Shown: positions 48,088-57,947, counted from the stretch's first letter. The stretch: 64,000 bases of DNA from Candidatus Moranbacteria bacterium UBA2282 (GCA_002345745.1 DDWQ01000005.1:3707-67706); one strand, 5' to 3'. Notes: generated by a model from the sequence alone, not told the origin. A program made the numbers and translations.

Positions 48088-49122
48088 TTACAACAAATGA
48101 TAAATTAATTTTATAATTGGAAACATTAGATAGTCAGTGAGACCTGTTTTGTAGCGGGTTTGATCATAGATAGTTGCGTTTTTTTGCCATTGTAGGATAA
48201 TTTCTTTTAATTCCGAGACAATATTTTGCTGTTTAAAGAAGATACCTGATTCAGCATTAAAACGAAAAGAAAGAAAATCAATATTTTGCGAACCGACCAA
48301 TCCTTCGCGGTCATCAATTAAAAGAATTTTGGCATGGTTCATTTCTCGACTGAGATAAAATTTCACACCTAGCACAGATAGTTTATGGGCATAATAGTGG
48401 TTCATACGATCCATAAAAAGCGAATCAGTTTTCTTTGGTATAATAAGTTCAATTTTCACTCCACGCTTGATGGCCGCATCCAGCAAAGCGACAAACCAGC
48501 GGGGTGGGGTGAGATAGGGAGTGACAATCTGAATATTTTTTTGAGCAGCGGATATTTTTTGCGTGTAAAGTGATTTCAAAGAAAACATACCAGAGACTGG
48601 CCAATGCTCAAGCACCCAAAATTTTAGTTTACTAACCAGAGCCTTTTTTCGTAGTAATAGAATTTGTTTATTCTTGCCACCTGCCATTTCATAGGAATAG
48701 GCAAAGGAGGACATAATCGGTCGAATGATTCTCCCGCGTAATTTTAGCTGTAAATCATTCCAAGCCGCAAAACGTTTGCCAATATTTACCCCACCAACAA
48801 AGGCGGTATTTTCATCAACAATTAAAATTTTTCGGTGAATGTGTCGTAACCAGTGGCTAAAAAAAAGAATTTCAATGCCAGCAGAACGCATAGATTTAAT
48901 AGTTTGTGCACTAAGTTCAGAGCTACCAAAAGCATCCAGCACTAAAACCACTCTGACTCCGTGACTGGCTTTCTCAGTTAGCTTGCCAATAAAATCATGA
49001 CTACTGGAAGTGTCCTCCATAAAAATATACATTTCCAGAAAAATGGATTTTTTTGCTTGGTTGATTTCCGCAATCATTGCGTCCCAAGTTTTGGTTGAAG
49101 TTGTATAAATTTTATATCCCAT
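48088..49122 (-). CDS. Phospholipase D-family enzyme, cardiolipin synthase-like (two HKD motifs)
   Basis: HRKILIVDENTAFVGGVNIG and NHAKILLIDDREGLVGSQNID give two HxK(x4)D motifs. Confidence 0.75.
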   Translation of the reverse strand: MGYKIYTTSTKTWDAMIAEINQAKKSIFLEMYIFMEDTSSSHDFIGKLTEKASHGVRVVLVLDAFGSSELSAQTIKSMRSAGIEILFFSHWLRHIHRKILIVDENTAFVGGVNIGKRFAAWNDLQLKLRGRIIRPIMSSFAYSYEMAGGKNKQILLLRKKALVSKLKFWVLEHWPVSGMFSLKSLYTQKISAAQKNIQIVTPYLTPPRWFVALLDAAIKRGVKIELIIPKKTDSLFMDRMNHYYAHKLSVLGVKFYLSREMNHAKILLIDDREGLVGSQNIDFLSFRFNAESGIFFKQQNIVSELKEIILQWQKNATIYDQTRYKTGLTDYLMFPIIKLIYHLL

Positions 49123-49262
49123 ATTTATTTTAATTATAGAACATACCGATAGGTTAAAGCAATGAATGAAAAATAAAAAAAAGTGAGGCAGTTAAGACGT
49201 CTCACTCATGCACTCTGCAACAGTCCTTGCCGTTGCAGAGTGCTATGCTGGTTGTGTCCATA

Positions 49263-49388
49263 TTAAAATACGGACTGAAGATATTTTAGCACTGAGTGTG
49301 CTAAGTTTGGATTCCATGCGATAAAAACAGTCAAAACACTAATCAGAATTACAAATATAGTTACTGGTCGTAATCCAAGTTTGTTCAT
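49263..49388 (-). CDS. Small (41-aa) hydrophobic membrane peptide, not in the ORF track
   Basis: Minus-strand ATG preceded by GAAGGAGACACC RBS. Encodes MNKLGLRPVTIFVILISVLTVFIAWNPNLAHSVLKYLQSVF with one TM helix. Confidence 0.4.
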   Translation of the reverse strand: MNKLGLRPVTIFVILISVLTVFIAWNPNLAHSVLKYLQSVF

Positions 49389-49618
49389 GGTGTCTCCTTC
49401 ACTGGGTAGAGGTTAATAGAAAGGTACATTTCATAGTTACCTTAGCATAAAGGAGTATAAAAGTCAAAGTCGGGGGGGGCTACACATTCTACTCTCCCAG
49501 CCTTAGTTTAATAATACAAAAGTCATTTTTATTAGCTGACTTTGAAAAATAAAATAAGCCATTCGAACAATGTCCGAAAGGCTTATTTTTTGGATAAAAT
49601 ATTATTTCAGCAAATATT

Positions 49619-50344
49619 TTATTTGTCCAACTTCTTTTTAAAATTATCTTGGTAAGCATTTTTTATTGAGGTGTATGGATCAACTGCACCTTCTACTATT
49701 TCCCGATAGGAATTTTTGGTGCCATACTCATTGGTCACTTTTATTCCTCCAGCAATGGTGCTATCAGGAAAACCAAGATACATTACTGGATCGAGAGGCA
49801 GACCCAACACCGATCCTACGGTATTTCTGGGATTGGATGGTCCGAAAATGGGCCAAACAATAAAGGGTCCCGAGGGTATTCCCCAACTGGCAAGAACTTG
49901 AGAAATATCTTCAGCATCGAAATTATCATCAATATAATAGATATCGACAACCCACAACCCAAAAGCATTAAATACAGGTGCCCAAAAATCAACAATAGCT
50001 TCTTCGCCTTTACCTTGAAGCAGATCGCCAACAAATCGAAGTGGCATTGTTACATTGTAGAAAATGTTAGTAATGCCAGTTTTTATTGGATCAGGTACGA
50101 TTTTTTCGTAGGCATCTGTCACTGGGAAAAACACATAATTGTATAATCCATCGTTTAGCCAAAACATTGGCCTGTTTATAAACTCCAAAGGATCATCAAA
50201 AGTTTCTTCTTCGTAGTTGTCACTGGTTGCCCGATTAAAATATGGGTCTTCCGCCTGACCTGAATCCGTTTCTTTCTTTGCACAGCCACTGTTTAAAAAC
50301 AAAAAAACAATAAGCAGTCCCATCGCTAATAATTTTTTCTGCAT
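49619..50344 (-). CDS. MlaA/VacJ-like lipoprotein
   Basis: Lipobox LFLNSGC after the signal peptide. DDPLEFINRPMFWLNDGLYNYVFFPV...PLRFVGDLLQGK matches the MlaA (VacJ) family core. GGAGGA RBS before MQKKLL. Confidence 0.6.
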   Translation of the reverse strand: MQKKLLAMGLLIVFLFLNSGCAKKETDSGQAEDPYFNRATSDNYEEETFDDPLEFINRPMFWLNDGLYNYVFFPVTDAYEKIVPDPIKTGITNIFYNVTMPLRFVGDLLQGKGEEAIVDFWAPVFNAFGLWVVDIYYIDDNFDAEDISQVLASWGIPSGPFIVWPIFGPSNPRNTVGSVLGLPLDPVMYLGFPDSTIAGGIKVTNEYGTKNSYREIVEGAVDPYTSIKNAYQDNFKKKLDK

Positions 50345-50492
50345 AACATCCTCCCAAGGTTGATTGTTGAACAAAATGAAAAGAGCAAGAAGTGTCTGTA
50401 GTATATATATTTTTGCTGAAATGTCAAGATTATTTTTGTATAAAAAAACCGCTTCGGTAGTAGTTACTACTGAAACGGCTTTTGGGGTTGGA

Positions 50493-50912
50493 TTATTCGA
50501 TTTCGAACCACCCTTTTAATCTTTCCTGAATTTCTGGTGGCAGCGATCTTATTCGCGTAATGCATTTCTCTTCAAAGACAGGGTATCCGCCTTCAATCGA
50601 GAAACGATCATTAGGTGCGTAGTGAGAGAGCTCTCTCTCCAACACCTTTTCCCCGTCCTTTATTTTGAGAGTAATGGAATCTACAATTACCTCGCCGGAT
50701 TGGCTGTGGTAGATGCTATAACCTGTAATGGTTTCATCTTTCATAATGTTAATCCGACAAGTTACATCTGACGCATACAGAGAATGGCTGAATAGCATCG
50801 CACTATTCATGTTTTCCTTCAATTCTTCTTGCCATTCTTCATCAGCAAAAACAGGGGAAGAAAGTGATATAGAGAGAACTACACTTACTAAAAATACAGT
50901 GCAAAATTTCAT
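50493..50912 (-). CDS. Hypothetical secreted protein
   Basis: 139 aa with a cleavable-looking signal peptide (VVLSISLSSPVFADEEW). Confidence 0.45.
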   Translation of the reverse strand: MKFCTVFLVSVVLSISLSSPVFADEEWQEELKENMNSAMLFSHSLYASDVTCRINIMKDETITGYSIYHSQSGEVIVDSITLKIKDGEKVLERELSHYAPNDRFSIEGGYPVFEEKCITRIRSLPPEIQERLKGWFEIE

Positions 50913-51226
50913 TATTTTCCTCCAAATATTAAGAACATTCTTCCTGAAAAATTCTGGATTTTTACTAAAAGTAATAAACCCGCCTATTTAACTGTAATGA
51001 TATATTATACACCCAAAAAGTAATTTTGTCAACAATTTGCAGATGATTCTTGTAGATGATTCTATTTTGAAATGCAATTGAATTGACCTAAACTACGCTT
51101 TTTAGTGTGGCATGGTCTGAAATCCTGCGTAATATAAACGGTCTTGCGATCGTTTTTTTGTATAAAAAAAGCCGTCCCCACATATCAATGATATGCATTT
51201 GGAACGGCTCGTGTCGGAATTAACTA

Positions 51227-51769
51227 TTAATACGCATCGAGCTTAATGATGGCTATATCAATTTTGCTCGCAACTTCAAATCTTAGATCCCCAGCGAAAT
51301 AGGGAAAGAACAAACATTTTTTCCCTGTAATTTTAGTCAATGGAGAAGACTCATCATTGCAAAACAGTTCTTCGTTTATTCCTTGCAAGAATTTTCTTGC
51401 GGCAAAAATTGAGGTATCTTCGCTCATCACTAAAAAAAATTCAGCAGTCTCTTTATTTTTCACAACTACCATTTTGGTTGACTCCGGATGGTCTTTCAAC
51501 GCAGGTTCATTACAAGAATGTTGTCGCCGAATGTTAGAAAGAAGAAACGTGGTGTTTCCAACTGTGAGCTTGCCTCCACTAGCAGAGGAAAACAAGTCAG
51601 CTATGAAATTAATTTCTTGAGCCCTTGTTTTTTTGTCGGAAGGATAGATGCGTACGACAATTGAAGTGTCGGGGCCTTCTGTATCAATGATGACAAATTT
51701 ACCATTGATAATAACTAATTTTTCAAGCGCTTCAGTCATTATTCCTGTTGTTCCTGTTGTTTTTTTCAA
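51227..51769 (-). CDS. Hypothetical protein (TTG start)
   Basis: 180-aa ORF. Strong AGGAGG RBS 6 nt upstream of the TTG start. No motif recognised. Confidence 0.45.
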   Translation of the reverse strand: MKKTTGTTGIMTEALEKLVIINGKFVIIDTEGPDTSIVVRIYPSDKKTRAQEINFIADLFSSASGGKLTVGNTTFLLSNIRRQHSCNEPALKDHPESTKMVVVKNKETAEFFLVMSEDTSIFAARKFLQGINEELFCNDESSPLTKITGKKCLFFPYFAGDLRFEVASKIDIAIIKLDAY

Positions 51770-51960
51770 GGTACACCTCCTAGTATAATTTTTTTTGCCT
51801 AATAATAGGCTTTAATAGATGATTGTATCCATGGATCTTTCCTTAATGGATATAACATTGTAGTCTGAAAAAAATAAAAAGTCAAATCAACTGGGATAGC
51901 TTAATGCCTTGAAAAAGTTTAATCAAAAAGCCATCCACGAGGGATGACTTTTTGCTTTGT

Positions 51961-52031
51961 TGGGGCGGTAGGATTCGGACCTACGCATCGTGGAACCAAA
52001 ATCCACTGCCTTACCGCTTGGCTACGCCCCA
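51961..52031 (-). tRNA. tRNA-Gln (anticodon TTG) with U1:A72
   Basis: Reverse complement TGGGGCGTAGCCAAGCGGTAAGGCAGTGGATTTTGGTTCCACGATGCGTAGGTCCGAATCCTACCGCCCCAA. Anticodon loop TTTTGGT. The U1:A72 pair is typical of bacterial tRNA-Gln. Confidence 0.8.
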
Positions 52032-52092
52032 ATTTAGTTTTTGTATTTAGTATCTCGCATCTGGTATACAAAATACCACTTACTAGATACTA

Positions 52093-53748
52093 TTATTTCT
52101 CCACCACCACCTTTGCGCCCATAAGTTCCATCGCGGAGCTTAGGAGTGAATTTTGCCCGTCTGCAACGCTATGAGCATCATCGATGGGCTGACTTTCTTC
52201 TATTTTCGGCGCATCAGCAATGCCAGCCTCTTTATTGGTGACAATTTTCAGGAGAATTTTTAACCCTAGAATTTTACCAAGAACGGACTCGACTGTCAAC
52301 TTGTTCGCGTGATCATTCAATTTTTCCTTGTAGAAGTCATAGGGAGTGGCAATGGTTATTTCTGCGCCAGTAACCGCAATAGCTTGGCAGTTGGAAGCAA
52401 GCAGGGCTGCGAGAGAATGATTGTGATTTTTTATTTCCTCTAATAACTTTCTCCAATTATTTTGCACCGTGTATAAATCAGTATCGCCAGTTGGCAATGC
52501 TGGTTCTGTGCTTTCAATAACGGGATCCTCTTCTTGGATAACAACAGTTGTAGGTTGAACAATCGCAGTTGGTTCTGCAATAGGAATATTTTGCACAGGC
52601 ATTTGCAAATTGATGTCGCCTTGCGTTTCTTGTTTGCTATAGTCAGTGGAATTGGCTGGAAAAGTGTGGGTAGCACGGATGATAGCAATTTCGAGAGGCA
52701 ATTGTGGCAACATAGAATTGGCAATTTTATTACGCGCTTCAAGCAAAAGATTGAGCGTCAGAATAATAACAGGCAACTCAGCTTTTTCAATTTGTTGCAA
52801 CATTGTCTGCAGTTGTTCTTGTGTTGCTTCGGAAGTGAAATAATTTTTTAGTTCCGGATTTATTTTAAGCAACATCAATTGACGCAGATAGTTGATAAGT
52901 GATTTAGCAAAAATTTGCAAATCATAGCCATTATTCAAAAGCTCATTTATTTTAGTAATTGCACTAGTCGCATCTTTTTGCAAAATCATGCTAGTGATTT
53001 CAGCTGCAAATTTACGATCTGTGGTGCCTAGAATTTCCTCCACTTCTGTGGCAGTGATGTTTTTATCTTCTAGTGCAATAACTTGTCCGAACAAACTTTC
53101 TGCATCTCGCATTCCACCTTCGGCCGCAATAGCAATCATTTCCAAAGAAGCTGCGTCAATAGTAATCTTTTCACTCTTTGCAATATTAGATAATTTTTCA
53201 ATAATATTTTCAATTGGCAGACGTGTGAAATCAAATCTTTGGCAACGGGAAATAACTGTGGCGGGGACTTTATGAATTTCCGTTGTGGCCAGAATGAAAA
53301 TCACATGTGCTGGTGGTTCTTCTAGAGTTTTCAACAATGCATTGAAAGCACCGCTGGAAAGCATATGCACTTCATCGATAATATAGACTTTGAATTTCAA
53401 TGATGTTGGTGGCAGTCCGATTGTTTCACGCAATTCACGAATATTATCCACGCCAGTGTTAGAAGCGGCATCAATTTCAATGATATCGAGTGATTTGTTT
53501 TCATTGATCATTTGGCAACTTGGACATTTTTCACAACTAATAGCATTAGATAGGTCGGTGCAGTTAACTGTCTTAGCTAGAATTCGAGCAATCGAAGTTT
53601 TTCCGGTTCCGCGCGGTCCGGTGAAAAGATAGGCTTGGCCGATGTGATTATTTTTAATAGCATTAGAAAGAGTCTGAACAATATGTTTTTGTCCAATTAC
53701 TTTCTCAAAATTTCCTGGTCGATATTTGCGGTAGAGAGTTGAAGTCAT
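52093..53748 (-). CDS. dnaX: DNA polymerase III subunit gamma/tau
   Basis: AAA+ Walker A GPRGTGKTSIARILAK, zinc module CEKCPSCQ, sensor motifs. Confidence 0.9.
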   Translation of the reverse strand: MTSTLYRKYRPGNFEKVIGQKHIVQTLSNAIKNNHIGQAYLFTGPRGTGKTSIARILAKTVNCTDLSNAISCEKCPSCQMINENKSLDIIEIDAASNTGVDNIRELRETIGLPPTSLKFKVYIIDEVHMLSSGAFNALLKTLEEPPAHVIFILATTEIHKVPATVISRCQRFDFTRLPIENIIEKLSNIAKSEKITIDAASLEMIAIAAEGGMRDAESLFGQVIALEDKNITATEVEEILGTTDRKFAAEITSMILQKDATSAITKINELLNNGYDLQIFAKSLINYLRQLMLLKINPELKNYFTSEATQEQLQTMLQQIEKAELPVIILTLNLLLEARNKIANSMLPQLPLEIAIIRATHTFPANSTDYSKQETQGDINLQMPVQNIPIAEPTAIVQPTTVVIQEEDPVIESTEPALPTGDTDLYTVQNNWRKLLEEIKNHNHSLAALLASNCQAIAVTGAEITIATPYDFYKEKLNDHANKLTVESVLGKILGLKILLKIVTNKEAGIADAPKIEESQPIDDAHSVADGQNSLLSSAMELMGAKVVVEK

Positions 53749-53857
53749 AAAAATATGTAAATTGCAGTAGTAAATTATTATGTAGTAAGTCTAGTATATC
53801 ATATTAAAAAAGAAAAGAAAAAACGCCATTTTCTTGGCGTTTTTCTCAGGAATTTTG

Positions 53858-54307
53858 CTATTTCTTGAATACCCAGAATTTGTAGCCCACAAAGTTCCAA
53901 AAAAGTCCGACAGCTGTTCCGCAGATAGCACCAATATTGCCCCACAGCTGTCCATTAATTGCAATGTTTGCGAAGATTGGTTGAACAAAACTTACGACTA
54001 GTGTGGCGGTAGTAACATTAATTATGGCACCCACAAGACTGACGCCAATAAATTGATAGAATTTTTTATCATTATCTGTTTGTGATTTATCTTGGAATGT
54101 CCAATGCTTGTTGACATAGTAGCTGAAAATAACGGCGGATAAAAATGACAATGCTTTGAAGAATGAATAATAGACACCCTGACTTTGGCTGGTGGTGTAC
54201 ATTAAAACATTAAGGACAACTAAATCTACACCAGTGTTCATTATTCCAACAACAAAAAATTTTGCAAACTGTTGGATAAATGGGAAGCGTGCTAATAATT
54301 CTTTCAT
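53858..54307 (-). CDS. GtrA-family membrane protein
   Basis: 149 aa, four TM helices. FAKFFVVGIMNTGVDLVVLNVL and YYVNKHWTF are typical of the GtrA family. Confidence 0.65.
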   Translation of the reverse strand: MKELLARFPFIQQFAKFFVVGIMNTGVDLVVLNVLMYTTSQSQGVYYSFFKALSFLSAVIFSYYVNKHWTFQDKSQTDNDKKFYQFIGVSLVGAIINVTTATLVVSFVQPIFANIAINGQLWGNIGAICGTAVGLFWNFVGYKFWVFKK

Positions 54308-54320
54308 TTTGTATTTCTAT

Positions 54321-55067
54321 TTATTCGTTTAAAGGTTTATTAAGTTCTTGTCTGAGTTCTTCAATGTCTGGTGCCCATTCATCAACTATGGAAAATTTCT
54401 TCGGAGTTGTTTCAATTTCATCTTCTGCAGGCTTGATTTCCAAAGCTGTTTTTGCAAGCGCGTCAATTTCATCATCAGGAGTGTGTTTGTGTGCTTCGGT
54501 TTTTTTCATTGAAGCAAAACTACGCATCGCGCTACCTGTTTGAATTACATTTTCGATAGAAGCCCAATCAGAATCAATGTCACGCGGAGTCACAATTGTA
54601 ACTTCATCACCCGGTTCAACTTTGAAATAGGTGATGGAAGCCAAAAGCACGCGATAGGGTTTTCCGTTGGCGATTATGAAATAGTTCCCATCCGCATCTT
54701 GATTGACTGTTCCAATGAGTTGGCTTCTTTCAATTGGTCCGATTTGTTTGTAGATGAAAGAACCATCTGAAGTGATTGTCAATTTCAACATATCGCCTTC
54801 AATCAGTTTTGATTTTGAAGCATAGTTGGCTGGCACAGGATATTGTTTTCCGTCAGAGCCAATCATAATTTGACCATCGAATGTTCCTTCGATGACTCGA
54901 CCATCACCATCCTCATCTGTTTTTTTTCTGCGTCCAACTTTCTTTTTGCCTTCCAATTGAAGAAGCATTGCTTTGGCGGATTGCAAACTCTTTTCCGAGT
55001 TATAGATCATCTCGCGCAAAGCTTGGACTTTATCTGAAATATTTTCAATTTGTTCTTTATCTTCCAT
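54321..55067 (-). CDS. Hypothetical protein with N-terminal coiled coil, basic linker and two beta-rich repeats
   Basis: 248-aa ORF with internal repeats (DGKQYPVPANYASKSKLIEGD / DGNYFIIANGKPYRVL). No family recognised. Confidence 0.4.
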   Translation of the reverse strand: MEDKEQIENISDKVQALREMIYNSEKSLQSAKAMLLQLEGKKKVGRRKKTDEDGDGRVIEGTFDGQIMIGSDGKQYPVPANYASKSKLIEGDMLKLTITSDGSFIYKQIGPIERSQLIGTVNQDADGNYFIIANGKPYRVLLASITYFKVEPGDEVTIVTPRDIDSDWASIENVIQTGSAMRSFASMKKTEAHKHTPDDEIDALAKTALEIKPAEDEIETTPKKFSIVDEWAPDIEELRQELNKPLNE

Positions 55068-55398
55068 TTTGTTTTTTTATTTTTAATCTGCCAGAAGGCA
55101 AATATTTTATTTTTTATTTTACATCTAAATTATACAATCATATCTCATAGTGTGCAAGAGTTAGTAGGATGATGGCGGTGTGGATAAAAGTTTAGATGCT
55201 ATGTGTGTACATATTGCTATGACACTATTGACTTTTGAGTTAGATTGCAGTAGAATTAATAATTAGTTTTTTCCAAATAAAATAGTTTAAAATTCAACTA
55301 GGCTCACAGAGCTAATGGAGTATTGAATATGTACCGTGGTGCTTGCAATAACTGTGATGCATCTTTCATTTTTTAATTCAGAAATAAGGGAGAGTAAA

Positions 55399-55524
55399 AT
55401 GAGCCAGCAGAGAATGTCTTATTCAGGAATAGATATGCAAAGATTGTTGTTAGTTCTACAATGGGCGTTTGGAAAATTGTTTAATGTGAATCCAAAGGAT
55501 TGGGAGGAGAAAGATGTATATTAA
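55399..55524 (+). CDS. Small hypothetical protein (41 aa), overlapping the start of the downstream peptidase gene
   Basis: GGGAGAG RBS 7 nt upstream of ATG. Encodes MSQQRMSYSGIDMQRLLLVLQWAFGKLFNVNPKDWEEKDVY. 11-nt overlap with the 55514 ORF. Confidence 0.35.
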   Translation: MSQQRMSYSGIDMQRLLLVLQWAFGKLFNVNPKDWEEKDVY

Positions 55525-56107
55525 AAACACAGTTCCATTGATTACCGAAGAAATTGGCTGGGACGATTTGCATGTGGCTCTCCGAGGTTTGCAAATGGCA
55601 AATTCAAACAATCTGCTGTTGGGATCTAATGGCGGAAGAGTTAGCAATCTTCTTTATTTTCGGGACCATGTGGCTAATCGTAAAATGACTATTGTTGGAG
55701 CCCAAATCGTTGGCTCCCTGGCACTGAATTTTTTTCTTTATGGAGAAACAAGATTGGCGACTCCTGAATCCACGTTTCTTCTTCACGAATGTCGCTGGAC
55801 GCTCGGAGGAGAGGAGGTTACAAAAGGTGAGGCACAAATGAGGGCATTGTTGCATGAATACAACCGAGATTTTGAAAGATATCACTACTGGTCAGACGTG
55901 CATCAGAAGTTGACGATATTTGATCAAATCACAATTGAGCTGATGTCCCAAAAAACCAATTTGTCAGCCTACGCCGTGGCGAAATTAATACGAGAGGAGT
56001 CGTATTTTGATGTTGATTGTGCTCTACATTATGGCATTATTCACGATGTCGTAGATGCGCAACAGATTGCTCTTTTGCCTCAACTCGGGGTTTTCGAACC
56101 ATGGTGA
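55514..56107 (+). CDS. ClpP/crotonase-fold serine peptidase-like protein (S14/S49-like)
   Basis: SNGGRVSNLLYFRDH...IVGAQIVGSLALNFFLYGETRLATPESTFLLHE resembles the ClpP core (NSPGG...MGAFLL...IHQP). Confidence 0.5.
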   Translation: MYIKNTVPLITEEIGWDDLHVALRGLQMANSNNLLLGSNGGRVSNLLYFRDHVANRKMTIVGAQIVGSLALNFFLYGETRLATPESTFLLHECRWTLGGEEVTKGEAQMRALLHEYNRDFERYHYWSDVHQKLTIFDQITIELMSQKTNLSAYAVAKLIREESYFDVDCALHYGIIHDVVDAQQIALLPQLGVFEPW

Positions 56108-56209
56108 GAAATTTCTCTCGCTAAGTTGTAGCCCAAAGGCCTTATGATGAAGTTTATCATAAGGTCTTTTTTATTTGCCCAAAGCTAGGTTTTGACATAG
56201 AATTGAGAC

Positions 56210-56848
56210 ATGAAATATTTGAAGGAAATTCCATTTTTTGAAAATGCATCGGACGGGATGCATTGTTTTCAGGCGTCTTTGAAAATGATTATGAAATATT
56301 TTTGGCCGGATGAAAATTATTCTTGGGATGAATTAGATAAAATAACCTCCAAGGCTCCTGGTTTATGGACTTGGCAAATGGCTGGATTGATTTGGTTACA
56401 GGAAAAAGGATTAGAAATTAAAGCCATTGAAGTTTTTGATTATAAAAAATTTGCGGAATTAGGCGGACAATATTTATTGGATGAATTTGGGGAAGAAGTA
56501 GGAAAGGCACAAATAGAACATAGTGATATCAGTCAAGAATTAGAATTCGCTAAAAAATTTAGTGAAGTCATTGATATAGAAAAAAGAATCCCCACGATTG
56601 AGGATGTAAAAAAGTTATTACAGGATGATTATGTAATCGTTGTTAATGTTAATTCAAGGGTGTTGCGCAAAACGGATGGGTATAGTGGACATTTTATTGT
56701 AGTTAAGGGTTTCGATGAAGATGGCTTTATCTTAAATGATCCAGGCTTGCCAGGAATTGAAAATATGAAAGCTGGCTTTGAATTATTTGAAAAAGCTTGG
56801 GCCTATCCAAATGAAAAAGCTAAAAATATTATGGCTTTTAGAAAATAA
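56210..56848 (+). CDS. Papain-fold cysteine peptidase, Peptidase_C39-like
   Basis: Catalytic Cys context DGMHCFQASLKMIMKYF and downstream GHFIVVKGFDEDG...NDP His/Asp fit the C39-like domain. Confidence 0.5.
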   Translation: MKYLKEIPFFENASDGMHCFQASLKMIMKYFWPDENYSWDELDKITSKAPGLWTWQMAGLIWLQEKGLEIKAIEVFDYKKFAELGGQYLLDEFGEEVGKAQIEHSDISQELEFAKKFSEVIDIEKRIPTIEDVKKLLQDDYVIVVNVNSRVLRKTDGYSGHFIVVKGFDEDGFILNDPGLPGIENMKAGFELFEKAWAYPNEKAKNIMAFRK

Positions 56849-56958
56849 TTATGAATGAAAAATTATTTTAATTGGCGGGTCTATTCCCTAGGACCGTCCT
56901 AAGCGACCTAAGCGAGTTTTAATTGCGGCGAATTCGCCACAATTAAATGCAATGCAAT

Positions 56959-56995
56959 TTCCTTCCATACGACCATGTATGGAAGGATTTTTTTG
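56959..56995 (+). terminator. Rho-independent terminator
   Basis: CCTTCCATAC-GACCAT-GTATGGAAGG hairpin followed by TTTTTTT. Preceded by palindrome GGCGAATTCGCC at 56925-56936. Confidence 0.65.
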
Positions 56996-57059
56996 ATGGG
57001 GAATTGACAGGTTTTGATGTAGTGATATAATATCATTATAACAAACTAAAATAAAAAAA

Positions 57060-57947
57060 ATGAACGAATTAATAAACATAAAAGTTATTCAAAAAGATTT
57101 TAATGGGGAAAAGAAAAGATTTGTGAATGCGAGGGAGTTGTACAAATGGTTGGGAGTTGGCAGGGATTTTTCTAATTGGATAAAAGATAGGATTAAAAAA
57201 TATGATTTTGTAGAAGACTTGGATTTTTTCCTGACCTTCGCCAAATTTGGCGATGGATTTGATGGCTTCAATAAAGCAAAAGCTATTGACCCAAAATCTG
57301 GAAAAATCTTAGCCAAAGAATATGTTATTTCAATTGATATGGCTAAGGAGTTGGCAATGTTAGAAAATAACGAAAAAGGAAAGATGGTTAGAAAATATTT
57401 TATAAGAGTTGAGCGCGGTTTTAAAAAAGTGATGCGGGTTGCAACTAGAGATCCGAAATTCATCAACCAATTATCGAGTCAGTTTTTTGAAACTCGCGAA
57501 GAGACGAAGGAATTTCGCAAAGACTTTACTGATTGTATAAAAGATTTTGTAGCAGTGAAAAATTATGGTACTTATACCGACATGTTCTACAGCTTTTTGT
57601 TTTTAGAAAGAGCTAAAGAGTATCGTAAACTTTTAAATTTGGCCAAGAATGATTTTACTAGAAATTTCATGTATGAAGAAATAATTTTTATTATAGGTGC
57701 TTTTGAAACTGGATTGGCTGGGGAAATTGAGAAAGAATTTAAAAAATTAGGCAGAATGTTGACGCAAGAAGAGTTTGAGAAAATTTTTAGAGATTTTTCT
57801 TCAACAAGAAATTGGTTGGTCTATCAAAAAAGAGCGCGTAACATCATGGCGACATATGATGAAGAATTGCGAAGAATTAAACATCCGAAACTTATCGATT
57901 ATAGAAAAGAATTTAGTCAGGAAGATATCCAGAAGCTTTTGGCATGA
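57060..57947 (+). CDS. Phage antirepressor AntA-family protein
   Basis: N-terminal FNGEKKRFVNARELYKWLGVGRDFSNWIKDRIKKYDFVEDLDF...ISIDMAKELAMLENNEKGKMVRKYFI matches the AntA/AntB antirepressor N-terminal domain. Confidence 0.65.
   Translation: MNELINIKVIQKDFNGEKKRFVNARELYKWLGVGRDFSNWIKDRIKKYDFVEDLDFFLTFAKFGDGFDGFNKAKAIDPKSGKILAKEYVISIDMAKELAMLENNEKGKMVRKYFIRVERGFKKVMRVATRDPKFINQLSSQFFETREETKEFRKDFTDCIKDFVAVKNYGTYTDMFYSFLFLERAKEYRKLLNLAKNDFTRNFMYEEIIFIIGAFETGLAGEIEKEFKKLGRMLTQEEFEKIFRDFSSTRNWLVYQKRARNIMATYDEELRRIKHPKLIDYRKEFSQEDIQKLLA

Noticed and set aside
52093-53748. Programmed -1 frameshift site (A AAA AAG) in dnaX
   Set aside because: No A-AAA-AAG heptamer with a downstream hairpin was seen on the coding strand. 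A single tau-length product is assumed.
55399-56848. Small ORF + two peptidases as a RiPP/bacteriocin biosynthetic cluster
   Set aside because: The 41-aa peptide has no double-glycine leader or Cys/Ser/Thr-rich core. There are no modification enzymes or ABC exporter. The neighbours (AntA, GtrA) point to phage/mobile origin instead.
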